Origin: Candidatus Roizmanbacteria bacterium RIFCSPHIGHO2_02_FULL_37_13b
Lineage (GTDB): Bacteria > Patescibacteriota > Microgenomatia > UBA1406 > HO2-37-13b
Direction: 5' to 3'
Assembly (NCBI GenBank): GCA_001789395.1
Contig: MFZK01000003.1
Span: 48,390 to 112,389, forward strand
DNA length: 64,000 nucleotides
Shown here: piece by piece, positions 48,990-57,605 of the stretch
How the letters are laid out: the number at the start of each line of letters is the position of its first letter
Numbering within the stretch: position 1 is the stretch's first letter
Position numbers and translations under genes: made by a program
Notes under the pieces: generated by a model
What the model saw: only the letters and a program-made list of their open reading frames with translations
The model's database searches: none
Told to the model about the DNA's origin: nothing

Positions 48990-50330
48990 ATGTCAGGTGA
49001 AGGGCTTAGACAAGCACAAGCAGCAGTTGATGCTGCTGAAGCTGTATTTAGAGAACAACTTTTAGGCCAACGAGATAATCGTGTTTGTGCTTCCCTTAAT
49101 TCACCAAACGGCCCAATAATATTGGGTTGGGATGAACAAGGCTTACCCCGTCAATGGACTGATTTAAACCAATTACACCCTGCTCAAAGGCAAAATGTAG
49201 AGTCATATTCAGCCTCGCCTTACGACGTCCGCTCAAATAACTTCGAAGCTCTTAATTTAGTACGTATTGCAACAATGACAGACTATACTGATCCCTCTCA
49301 TCAAGCAATCCCCGATAGAGTCAATTTTATAGTCATGGATGACCAGGGACAAGAAAGACCTCTTTCAATCGATGAATTAACAGCCTTAAGATCAATAGCT
49401 TTTGCGCCCCATTTTCAAGAGGGTCATCAACAAGTCGGTGATTCTATCCAATCATTACCATTAGCAACAGATATGTATTGTTTTCTTATTCCACAAAATG
49501 GATCCGGTGTCGCTATTTTACCTCAACCTTATAAAGATACCGTCGGTAATAGTAATTCTGGAGCATATGAAGAGGCTTCACGTACAATTATTTCGGAACT
49601 CATTATTAATGATATTTTACAAAAACGGTCGGAATCAGATACCGGTCTGTATCTTGAAGATGCTATTTCTGTCCTACCAATCTCAACTGGAAGGAGAGAA
49701 ATCGATGGTTTATTAAATTGGGTACTGACACAAGAAAATGTCCAAGATGCAATAAGACGTGCTGAAGATAAAACTGGAAGATTAGGAAATTTATTAGGCA
49801 GGGCGGGATTAGCTACAGTTTTCACCACTGACTACATAAAGAGATTGATAGCCAAATCCTTAATGCCAAGTTTACGACATGCCTCTCTTCAAGATTTAAG
49901 ACGACTTGCATTAAAAATGGCTATGCGTGCTGAGCGAACTTTTCAACCTGATCATTTTGAAGATGATCTGATTACGACTATTGAACCTGATTCAGAGATA
50001 TTTGATTTTGACCCAGATAGACCCGCTACAATGCGTAAAAGTGGACAAAAAGATACTGTTCCAGGACCCGGCTATATAGGTTCAGGAAGAGAATTTGTAC
50101 ATCAACCAGGAACTTATCAAGAATATGATGATGGAACGCTTAACCTACTAGACGAATTTGGATACAATCCAAGAACGAATAGCGTATTCGCATTGAAAGG
50201 ATGGACTGTCAATCCAGATGGACAAGCGGTAGTAGCACAAGGATTTGAATTGGATGATGATAATAATCCAGTATTAGTTCGCGGTTATGTCTGGAATCCT
50301 GAGACAAGAACTGCAGCGCTTTTTGTCTGA
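48990..50330 (+). CDS. Hypothetical acidic protein
   Basis: 446-aa ORF; TGGTATAAT extended -10 a few nt before ATG; C-terminal G-[FYW]-x-x-[ND]-P hairpin-like repeats. Confidence 0.65.
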   Translation: MSGEGLRQAQAAVDAAEAVFREQLLGQRDNRVCASLNSPNGPIILGWDEQGLPRQWTDLNQLHPAQRQNVESYSASPYDVRSNNFEALNLVRIATMTDYTDPSHQAIPDRVNFIVMDDQGQERPLSIDELTALRSIAFAPHFQEGHQQVGDSIQSLPLATDMYCFLIPQNGSGVAILPQPYKDTVGNSNSGAYEEASRTIISELIINDILQKRSESDTGLYLEDAISVLPISTGRREIDGLLNWVLTQENVQDAIRRAEDKTGRLGNLLGRAGLATVFTTDYIKRLIAKSLMPSLRHASLQDLRRLALKMAMRAERTFQPDHFEDDLITTIEPDSEIFDFDPDRPATMRKSGQKDTVPGPGYIGSGREFVHQPGTYQEYDDGTLNLLDEFGYNPRTNSVFALKGWTVNPDGQAVVAQGFELDDDNNPVLVRGYVWNPETRTAALFV

Positions 50331-50381
50331 TAACTTCTTAATCTATCTTTTCATATTTTATAATATAATATCCTCTAGATT

Positions 50382-50466
50382 GCGGTGGTAGTTCAGCGGT
50401 ACCCCGGATAACGCTTTCTGTTCGTGAGGTTTACATCCTCACCTCACAGTGGCGCGTATACGGGGC
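50382..50466 (+). pseudogene. tRNA-like 5' fragment interrupted by a hairpin element
   Basis: GCGGTGGTAGTTCAGCGGT resembles a tRNA acceptor/D arm, followed by a ccccg...cgggg hairpin; no matching 3' half. Confidence 0.5.
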
Positions 50467-50487
50467 AGGGAATGTCTTAAACAAAAT

Positions 50488-50561
50488 GCGGGATTAGTTG
50501 AGCGGCTCAACGTCAGCTTTCCAAGCTGAAAAGACGGGTTCGACCCCCGTATCCCGCTCCA
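50488..50561 (+). tRNA. tRNA-Gly (anticodon TCC)
   Basis: Acceptor GCGGGAT/ATCCCGC + T + CCA; anticodon arm tcagc-ttTCCaa-gctga; T arm acggg-ttcgacc-cccgt. Confidence 0.92.
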
Positions 50562-50682
50562 AAAAGTTCAAGGATGAAATCAAGGAGAAGGTTGAGGGCC
50601 GAAGGTCCCGTCCGCCGCTCAGTGTACGACAAAGAAATAAAGTGAAAAGAAGGGCCGCGAAGGTCCTAACTAACATGAAGGA

Positions 50683-50703
50683 TTCGACCCCCGTATCCCG
50701 CTC
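50683..50703 (+). repeat. 21-bp direct repeat of the tRNA-Gly 3' end
   Basis: ttcgacccccgtatcccgctc is identical to 50539..50559. Confidence 0.9.
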
Positions 50704-50708
50704 ATTGT

Positions 50709-50737
50709 CCTCTCAGAACGAAGGAGGGGTTTTTTTT
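50709..50737 (+). terminator. Possible intrinsic terminator after the tRNA locus
   Basis: cctctc...gagggg followed by a T8 run. Confidence 0.5.
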
Positions 50738-50739
50738 CT

Positions 50740-51936
50740 TCAAATCCTACCTGACTCTATCTTCTCTCTTATATCCTCCATAAAGCACTCGATTACGGTA
50801 AGATTGTGAATTGTTGCCAACCGATATGCAGTCAGTTCACGTGCTTTAAAAAGGTGACGCAAATAGGCTCGTGAATAATTTTGACAGGTATAACATTGGC
50901 AATCTTCATCAATAGGGTTAAGATCATATTTATATTCTGCATCATAAATATCAATTACTTCTTGCGCCGCTCTATAGAGTTTTCCCATACGAGCATGACG
51001 CGTCGGGATGACACAATCGAAAGTATCTATACCTTGCTTGACTGCATCAACGATATCATCAAGTTGACCAACTCCAAGTAGATGACATGGTCTTTTGTCA
51101 TTATTTATAACATCCATTACCCATTTAACTTGATTTCTCATCTCTTCCTTGGACTCGCCGACAGCCACTCCGCCAATTGCTAAACCCCAAAAGGGTAGAG
51201 AAGATATATCTTCGGCTGATTTTTTACGGAGATCCTCATACATACCACCCTGGATGACCCCGTAAAGTCTCTGGATCGTGGGACGTGCTGAGACCATTTG
51301 CAGAGATCTCTGTGCCCAATCATAAGTCCTTTTTACAGATCTCTCTGTCTGCTTTCGCGTCACGTCAGACGGTAAACAGTCATCAAGCGCTACGATAAAA
51401 TCAGCGCCAATCTTTTTTTGAGCCTCAATTGAGTATTCGGGGGTAAAATAAAATTCATTTCCATCAATATGTGATCGAAATTTGACACCGTCATCAGTAA
51501 TTTTGACTAAATTAGGAAAGTCAATATTAGAAAAAGCAGATTCTGTCACTTCCTCCTCCCAGCCAGTGCTCTCGTTGTTGCACGCTGTCTGGGACTCCCT
51601 CCGGTCATGCCACCTGCTTTTTCTGGACAAGCTAAACACTTGAAATCCGCCGGAATCAGTGATAAGCGGCAAATTTAAATTGGCGAATTTGTGAATACCA
51701 CCGGCTTTTTCAATAATATCAACGCCACAAGACACGACCAAGTGATACGTATTAACAAAAAGGATTTGTGTTTTAATTTTTTGAATATCTTCAATCACTA
51801 ATGATTTTAATGATCCTTTTGTCGCACATGGAATAAACGCCGGCGTTTTAATCTCACCATGAGGCGTTTGTATGATCCCTAAACGAGCACGGGATTTTTG
51901 ACTTTGTTTCAGTATTTTGAACTGAAAAATATTCAT
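50740..51936 (-). CDS. tgt: tRNA-guanine transglycosyltransferase
   Basis: ARLG.I.TPHG...TP.F, NTYHL, TDSGGFQVFSL, QGG, HLLGVG, D.FDCV.PTR.AR, CQCYTC Zn site. Confidence 0.95.
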   Translation of the reverse strand: MNIFQFKILKQSQKSRARLGIIQTPHGEIKTPAFIPCATKGSLKSLVIEDIQKIKTQILFVNTYHLVVSCGVDIIEKAGGIHKFANLNLPLITDSGGFQVFSLSRKSRWHDRRESQTACNNESTGWEEEVTESAFSNIDFPNLVKITDDGVKFRSHIDGNEFYFTPEYSIEAQKKIGADFIVALDDCLPSDVTRKQTERSVKRTYDWAQRSLQMVSARPTIQRLYGVIQGGMYEDLRKKSAEDISSLPFWGLAIGGVAVGESKEEMRNQVKWVMDVINNDKRPCHLLGVGQLDDIVDAVKQGIDTFDCVIPTRHARMGKLYRAAQEVIDIYDAEYKYDLNPIDEDCQCYTCQNYSRAYLRHLFKARELTAYRLATIHNLTVIECFMEDIREKIESGRI

Positions 51937-52021
51937 TTTAATAGATTTCTAATTACTATAAATACCTATTTAATACAATTCAACTCACAAAATTATGATA
52001 ATTATATCAATTCAACCAACC

Positions 52022-52045
52022 TTCCAATCGTTTAATCGATTGGAA
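52022..52045. repeat. 24-bp palindrome, copy 1 (abuts the stop codon of the TrpR-like gene)
   Basis: ttccaatcg-tttaat-cgattggaa. Confidence 0.88.
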
Positions 52046-52489
52046 TTATAAACCGTGGATTTTTTTACGTTCGGCCTCTAATTTTCGCTGCCAAGCGGCA
52101 GACCAGTTGACACCATATATACCGGGTGCAAACAATGTATTACAAATATCCATAAACATATCTTTGAGATTTTCTTTCAGGATAATTAACTGGAACGCTT
52201 TTTGGATACCTCGATCGGTATGGGTCTGTAAAATAAACGCAAATTTCGCAACTGTGGATGGAGATAATTTCAAAACATAACAAATCGTCCCATTTTCAAT
52301 TCCTTTCATAAGCAAAAATGACAATGCGATCCGTTTAGCAATCATTATTTTCTCAGACTGAGATAATACATCATTCAAAATATCCAAAAACTCCGTTTTA
52401 TTATTTCTTTTACCTACAATATTAAAAAATAAATCAAACAATTTTTCTAGCTTGTCCTCTGATAATTGATATTTTGATAATCTAACCAT
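52046..52489 (-). CDS. TrpR/YerC-like helix-turn-helix protein
   Basis: FL...LSQSEKIMIAKR.A...LL..G.....I...LKLS.STVAK pattern of the Trp-repressor-like family. Start moved to MVRLS. Confidence 0.72.
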   Translation of the reverse strand: MVRLSKYQLSEDKLEKLFDLFFNIVGKRNNKTEFLDILNDVLSQSEKIMIAKRIALSFLLMKGIENGTICYVLKLSPSTVAKFAFILQTHTDRGIQKAFQLIILKENLKDMFMDICNTLFAPGIYGVNWSAAWQRKLEAERKKIHGL

Positions 52490-52600
52490 TTTAAATTCCT
52501 CAAATTTTATCAATAAAAACCATCATGATGAATTTATAATACAAGTAAGTTTGTACCTTTTTCAATCGATTATAATCATCAAAATCATCATCTTATTTCA

Positions 52601-52683
52601 TTCCAATCGTTTAATCGATTGGAAGTATAACATCATTGCTTCAGAGATATAAATTAGTCATTGGTATCCAATCGTTTAATCGA
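52601..52683. repeat. 24-bp palindrome copy 2 (52601..52624) and partial copy 3 (52667..52683)
   Basis: Exact ttccaatcgtttaatcgattggaa, and tccaatcgtttaatcga. Confidence 0.88.
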
Positions 52684-52726
52684 ATAAAAAATAAGTGCAA
52701 GAGAAGAAAAATATAAATTGTTTACT

Positions 52727-53632
52727 TTATTTATTTCTGATTTTGTGAATTGGATGGTAATGTATCCTTCCCTCAGCTATATATATTCCCACGATAACTA
52801 AAAGAGCTCCCAGAAAATAGAGCTTTGTCGGATATTCTCCAAGAAGAGGAATAGCGATCAAAACTGTTGCAACGGGATCAATATACATAAAAAGCCCTAT
52901 TTCAGAAATGTGGATTTTTGAAATGCCGTAATAAAAAAAACAGTAGGCGATAATTGATGCTAATACAGCGCCATATAATATACCTATTATTCCAACCAAA
53001 TTTAATTTATCAAAAGACCATCCCCTCAGTTCAAGAGCCATGAAAGGCAAAAAACTCCATGATGCAAAAAGAAAGGAAATTGCAGTAAACTGAATAAAAT
53101 GAACTCGATCAAGTACTTTTTTAGCAATTAATGGATCTATGACCGCACCGACTGTTGCCAATACAAAAAAAAGATTGGCCACTGTTGCTGAATTCTTTGA
53201 AACTTGTGATCCATTCAGGTAAGGAGAAAATACCACGACCAAAACACCAAGAAGCGCTATCATCATTCCAAAAAAAACCTTTTTATGAAATTTTTCTCTG
53301 AAAAAAAAGATTGCAAAAATAAATATAAACACCGGACCGGCCGATGCAATCAACGTTGAGTTGATACTTACTCCATGCTGAAGTCCCAAAAAGAAAAAAG
53401 AGATGTTAATTGTGATCCCAAAGAGAGCTGATAGACAAATAAGCAAAATGTCCCTAAGTTTCATGGGTCTCCAGATTCTCAAACTTAACGGTAACAATAT
53501 CAAAGCAGCAATGAAGAAACGCAAAAAAGCAAGTGTGAATGGGGGAATATTTTGCAGCGCCAGTTTATATATGGGTGGTGATGCCCCCCAGATAATATTA
53601 GTAATAATAATCGCTAAAACAGCAATGTTCAT
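52727..53632 (-). CDS. EamA/DMT family transporter
   Basis: IIWGA, IPPFTLAFLRF, REK, LLGE. Confidence 0.88.
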   Translation of the reverse strand: MNIAVLAIIITNIIWGASPPIYKLALQNIPPFTLAFLRFFIAALILLPLSLRIWRPMKLRDILLICLSALFGITINISFFFLGLQHGVSINSTLIASAGPVFIFIFAIFFFREKFHKKVFFGMMIALLGVLVVVFSPYLNGSQVSKNSATVANLFFVLATVGAVIDPLIAKKVLDRVHFIQFTAISFLFASWSFLPFMALELRGWSFDKLNLVGIIGILYGAVLASIIAYCFFYYGISKIHISEIGLFMYIDPVATVLIAIPLLGEYPTKLYFLGALLVIVGIYIAEGRIHYHPIHKIRNK

Positions 53633-53696
53633 AAATATTATTATGGCGCTTTTTTAGACACTTGTCCAGATCAAGTAATGATTTTGATGGGGGGGG

Positions 53697-55208
53697 TTAT
53701 GATGCAATTCTTTGCAGTGCGTTTTTTAGCAATCGATAAAAGGTTGAAACTGATTCAATTTCAACTCTCTCTTCAGTTGAATGTGCACCATCTATAGTCG
53801 GGCCTATTGAGACAGGCGTCATATGAGCAAATTCTGACTGTTTTAAGAATTCTCCAAGCTCTAAACCTGCATGAATAGGACCTATTTTTGGTTTTTTACC
53901 TGTTAGACGTTCATATTCTTCTGCCATCAATGCCACCAGTTGATTATTTGGATCCGGAAGCCAACCTGTATAACTAGGTAATTGCTCAACATTTGCGCCA
54001 TATTTTTGACCAGCCGCTGCCACTCTAGCTCTTTGACTCTCTAACGTCTCAGCATAAGTACTCCTTGAGTTAACAACAAGCGATAATTTTCCCTCTTCTG
54101 TTTTGATAGTAGCTAAATTTGAAGAAGTTTCAACGAGATCAGGCACATTTTCAGTATAAGCCGCAACACCATGAGGTAACTCTTCAATTAAATCAACTAC
54201 TCTTGATGTATCTTGTTGTGTCATTACACGGCAATTTTCAATTGGCTCTAAATCTGTTGGAGATATCTCAATGTCGTTGTCCATTGGCGCATGAAGTCTT
54301 GCAGCGCTCTGAAATCCAGACACGAATGCATACACTCTATCGACTTCACTTGGATCAACCGCTAAAACCATTCTACAATCTGAAGGTATAAGATTATGAC
54401 GTTCACCACCTATAATTGATACCATATTAGCAGATACACCATAACTAGTTCTTAAATCTTTGAGTAACCGGCCTGCTTCTTTTATGGCATTTGCTCGCGG
54501 TTCATGGATCTTAAGACCCGAATGCCCACCGACCAAGCCAGAAATATCAATTTGTACTAATTTTCTGTCACCTAAGGCTTCGGTAGAAAACGAAGTTTCA
54601 ACTCGACTATTCCCTCCACCAGCACACCCATTGAATATTTGATTTCCATCTTCACTATCGACATTGATAATATACTGAGGCTTTGAAAAGTCAACGCCTG
54701 GAATGTTAAATTGCTGAACACCTGAGAGACCAGATTCTTCATCTACAGTTGCGATAAAGTATAAATCACCATGTCTTACTGTTTTATCGGTCAATATAGA
54801 CATTACAACTCCTAAACCCAAACGATTGTCCGCGCCAAGAGTAGTTCCATTAGCTTTAACCCACTTACCATCTTCAGACACAACTACATCAAGACCATTT
54901 GCCTCATCTATATCGCCCTTAAAAATCATGTCTTGGTGACCCTGTAAGATAACAGCGGGTGAGCTTTCACAACCGGCTGTTGCAGACGCATGAATGACTA
55001 CATTGCCAACACCACCATCGCCATCATCATAATAGTCAAAGTCAAACTCTTTAGCATAATCTCTTAATCTTGTGCGTATTGGGCCTTCTTGACCAGATTG
55101 GCAGGGGAATTTGCACAGATCTAGAAAGTACTTCCAGGTTTGGTTAACGCCTGGTTCGACTTCGCGCTCGACTAAACTATCTAGTTCTGCAGAAGTTGGA
55201 GGTGGCAT
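53697..55208 (-). CDS. pepD: M20C aminoacyl-histidine dipeptidase
   Basis: LQGHQDM, GTTLGADN, TVDEESGL, NVDSE, GGHSG..IH..RANA, ETSSNLA, IHAGLE, SIGPTI..AHS..E. Confidence 0.88.
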   Translation of the reverse strand: MPPPTSAELDSLVEREVEPGVNQTWKYFLDLCKFPCQSGQEGPIRTRLRDYAKEFDFDYYDDGDGGVGNVVIHASATAGCESSPAVILQGHQDMIFKGDIDEANGLDVVVSEDGKWVKANGTTLGADNRLGLGVVMSILTDKTVRHGDLYFIATVDEESGLSGVQQFNIPGVDFSKPQYIINVDSEDGNQIFNGCAGGGNSRVETSFSTEALGDRKLVQIDISGLVGGHSGLKIHEPRANAIKEAGRLLKDLRTSYGVSANMVSIIGGERHNLIPSDCRMVLAVDPSEVDRVYAFVSGFQSAARLHAPMDNDIEISPTDLEPIENCRVMTQQDTSRVVDLIEELPHGVAAYTENVPDLVETSSNLATIKTEEGKLSLVVNSRSTYAETLESQRARVAAAGQKYGANVEQLPSYTGWLPDPNNQLVALMAEEYERLTGKKPKIGPIHAGLELGEFLKQSEFAHMTPVSIGPTIDGAHSTEERVEIESVSTFYRLLKNALQRIAS

Positions 55209-55278
55209 AAATTTAGCCTATTTTAACATGCTAATTTAACGTATGCAAATTTTGAAACTTTAATCACGGAAGTGATTC

Positions 55279-56172
55279 TTATTTTCGTTTATTGTGCAAG
55301 TAGACAACAAGTTCAGCGACTATACCAGTCATAATGATTTGAAGTCCAACGATGATTAGGAGAATGGCAAAAAGAAGTGCCGGACGCCGATACAAAAGGA
55401 CTCCATAAAAGATCCGCTGAAATGATAAATAACCAGCCGTGATAAACCCGACAGTAAAAAATAATCCACCAATAATTGAGAAAAAATGAAGGGGCCTCTC
55501 TGAAAAACGATAGATAAAGTATGTATTTAAGGCATCGATAAATCCGAAAAATATTCGAACAATATTATATTTTGATTCACCATGAATTCTTGACCGATGA
55601 TCTACTTCAATTTCACCTACTCTAAATCCTTTTTTTTCTGCAAGTATCGGGATAAAACGATAATTGTCTCCATAAAGAGGAATTTCCTCCAAAACCTGCC
55701 GTCGCATCATCTTAAATCCACAGTTAATATCATGTAATTCTGTCGAGAATAAAAATTTAGTTAGAAATTTATTTAAAATTTTTGAAGGTAAAGTTTTGTC
55801 AATTTTATCTTTCCTTTTTTTTCTCCAACCATTTATTAAATCATAACCTTGATTCATTTTTTTAATAAAGTTATTTAAGTCCTCAGGATTGTCCTGCAGA
55901 TCCGCATCCATAAAAGCGATAATATCTCCTTTAGTTTCTTTAAAACCAGCTGCAAGGGCCTGTCCCTTACCAAGCCGTTTAGGGTAAGATATAAGTTTAC
56001 TGTTTGTGTCTTTTGACGTGATACGTGTCACGTGGAACGGAGAACGATCAGTCGATCCGTCATCAACGAATATTATTTCAAATTGTTCTGATTCCAGAAC
56101 TTTCAATAATTCTTTATAAAGAATCGGTAAATTTTTTTCTTCGTTGTGAAAAGGTATTATTATTGAAATCAT
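55279..56172 (-). CDS. GT2 undecaprenyl-phosphate glycosyltransferase (ArnC-like)
   Basis: FVDDGSTD, MDADLQD.P.D, NGWR, LHDINCGFK, two C-terminal TMs. Confidence 0.9.
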   Translation of the reverse strand: MISIIIPFHNEEKNLPILYKELLKVLESEQFEIIFVDDGSTDRSPFHVTRITSKDTNSKLISYPKRLGKGQALAAGFKETKGDIIAFMDADLQDNPEDLNNFIKKMNQGYDLINGWRKKRKDKIDKTLPSKILNKFLTKFLFSTELHDINCGFKMMRRQVLEEIPLYGDNYRFIPILAEKKGFRVGEIEVDHRSRIHGESKYNIVRIFFGFIDALNTYFIYRFSERPLHFFSIIGGLFFTVGFITAGYLSFQRIFYGVLLYRRPALLFAILLIIVGLQIIMTGIVAELVVYLHNKRK

Positions 56173-57569
56173 ATTTTCTTATATATTTCTAAATTCAGTC
56201 TACCGTAGACTAGTTTAAAATTTGGATCCTTTTTTAGTAAATTGTATGCATCGATTGAACCTTTTTTATCGTACCAATCATCTAAAACCTTATTCCTCAA
56301 TAATACCACATAATCGCCTTTTATGTAATTTGATGAAAATCGTATTAATGTTTTTCTTCTGGAAAAATGGGGAGCTAAGCTACCTGATGCTGCAACAGAA
56401 ATATTTTCATCCGATAAGATTCTAGTCCACAGCTCTATATCATTAGTTTCTGCTAATCGATTCTGAAAAGGCCGCATATCTGCCCATTTTGAATAGGGGA
56501 GAGGACTATATTTCCAACTAGTAAAAAAAGTCGCCATTAGTAAAATAATTAATAAATATTTAATCGCCATCTTCTTCTTCTCTTGAATAAATTGCAAACT
56601 ATATATTAATGATAAAAAAAGAATCGGGGTGATCACCGCGGTGTAATGATAAATTACACTTTGCATGTTGGTGTTACTGCTTAGTAAGTTTATAACTAAG
56701 TCTGGCAGTGCTAGAAGAATAACCGGTGAAAAAATTGGTAACAATGATAATGGTGAAAGTATTAACCAAAAATAATCCAAACTATTTGTACTAAATAATT
56801 TTTGAATAATAATCATAATAGAACTTAAAGAAGCTCCTATGTATTTATAGCGAACTAGAGCAAAATGTTGTCCTTGACGAAAATATGGAATCAACCAAAA
56901 GAAGACCGCAAGTAACCAGAAAATGCTTAATCCAAAAACAGCAAAATTAAATCGTCGATCGCCTCTTTTTGACAAAATAAAATAAATTGCCATTAATGTT
57001 ATTGTGACCGCAACTTGCTCTTTGGAAAAAATAGTGAGTAGAAAGAAAATCGCTGAAAATAAGTATTTTTCCTTCTTCCAAAAGTAAAATAGTGCCAATA
57101 AAAACGTTGTCGACAAAGTTACGGCATGAAAATCAAAAATCACTGACCACTGTAGTGGAGGATACATCAAATATAAAAACGCCAAAAGCAGTCCTATTTT
57201 ATTTGATCCAAGAATTTCTTTTGTCAATAAATAAACAAAGATACTACCCAAAGCAACAATTAAAACCTGCAAGATTATAAGCGTCTCAGGTCCTGAATAA
57301 ATCCAATACAAAGGTGCTAATAAAGCTAAAATTACATCACCATGAATCACCAATCGATTAATCGATTGGAATCCTGCCGGATCGGTCATTTGTAAAATCC
57401 GACCCTTGCTTGTATTATAAACTGTTTGATCCATTATCCCCATGTCATAATATTCTGAAAGAAAAGCTTGGTGACGTGATATTCCATAGAAAGAAAAATA
57501 AAGAATAAAAACCAAAACCATTAACGATAAAATAATAATTTCCTTTTTATTTATTATTTTTTTTATCAT
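56169..57569 (-). CDS. DUF2079-like GT-C membrane protein
   Basis: YDMGIMDQ.VYN, H...IL.LLAP.Y, FDFH, KE, YHY. Confidence 0.8.
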   Translation of the reverse strand: MIKKIINKKEIIILSLMVLVFILYFSFYGISRHQAFLSEYYDMGIMDQTVYNTSKGRILQMTDPAGFQSINRLVIHGDVILALLAPLYWIYSGPETLIILQVLIVALGSIFVYLLTKEILGSNKIGLLLAFLYLMYPPLQWSVIFDFHAVTLSTTFLLALFYFWKKEKYLFSAIFFLLTIFSKEQVAVTITLMAIYFILSKRGDRRFNFAVFGLSIFWLLAVFFWLIPYFRQGQHFALVRYKYIGASLSSIMIIIQKLFSTNSLDYFWLILSPLSLLPIFSPVILLALPDLVINLLSSNTNMQSVIYHYTAVITPILFLSLIYSLQFIQEKKKMAIKYLLIILLMATFFTSWKYSPLPYSKWADMRPFQNRLAETNDIELWTRILSDENISVAASGSLAPHFSRRKTLIRFSSNYIKGDYVVLLRNKVLDDWYDKKGSIDAYNLLKKDPNFKLVYGRLNLEIYKKI

Positions 57570-57605
57570 TATTTCTTGGGTTTTTTTACCTTACCAAATC
57601 ACATT

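Noticed and set aside
50494-50809. ORFs 50498..50809 (+) and 50494..50676 (-)
   Set aside because: They run through tRNA-Gly and its duplicated 3' end; not credible as proteins.
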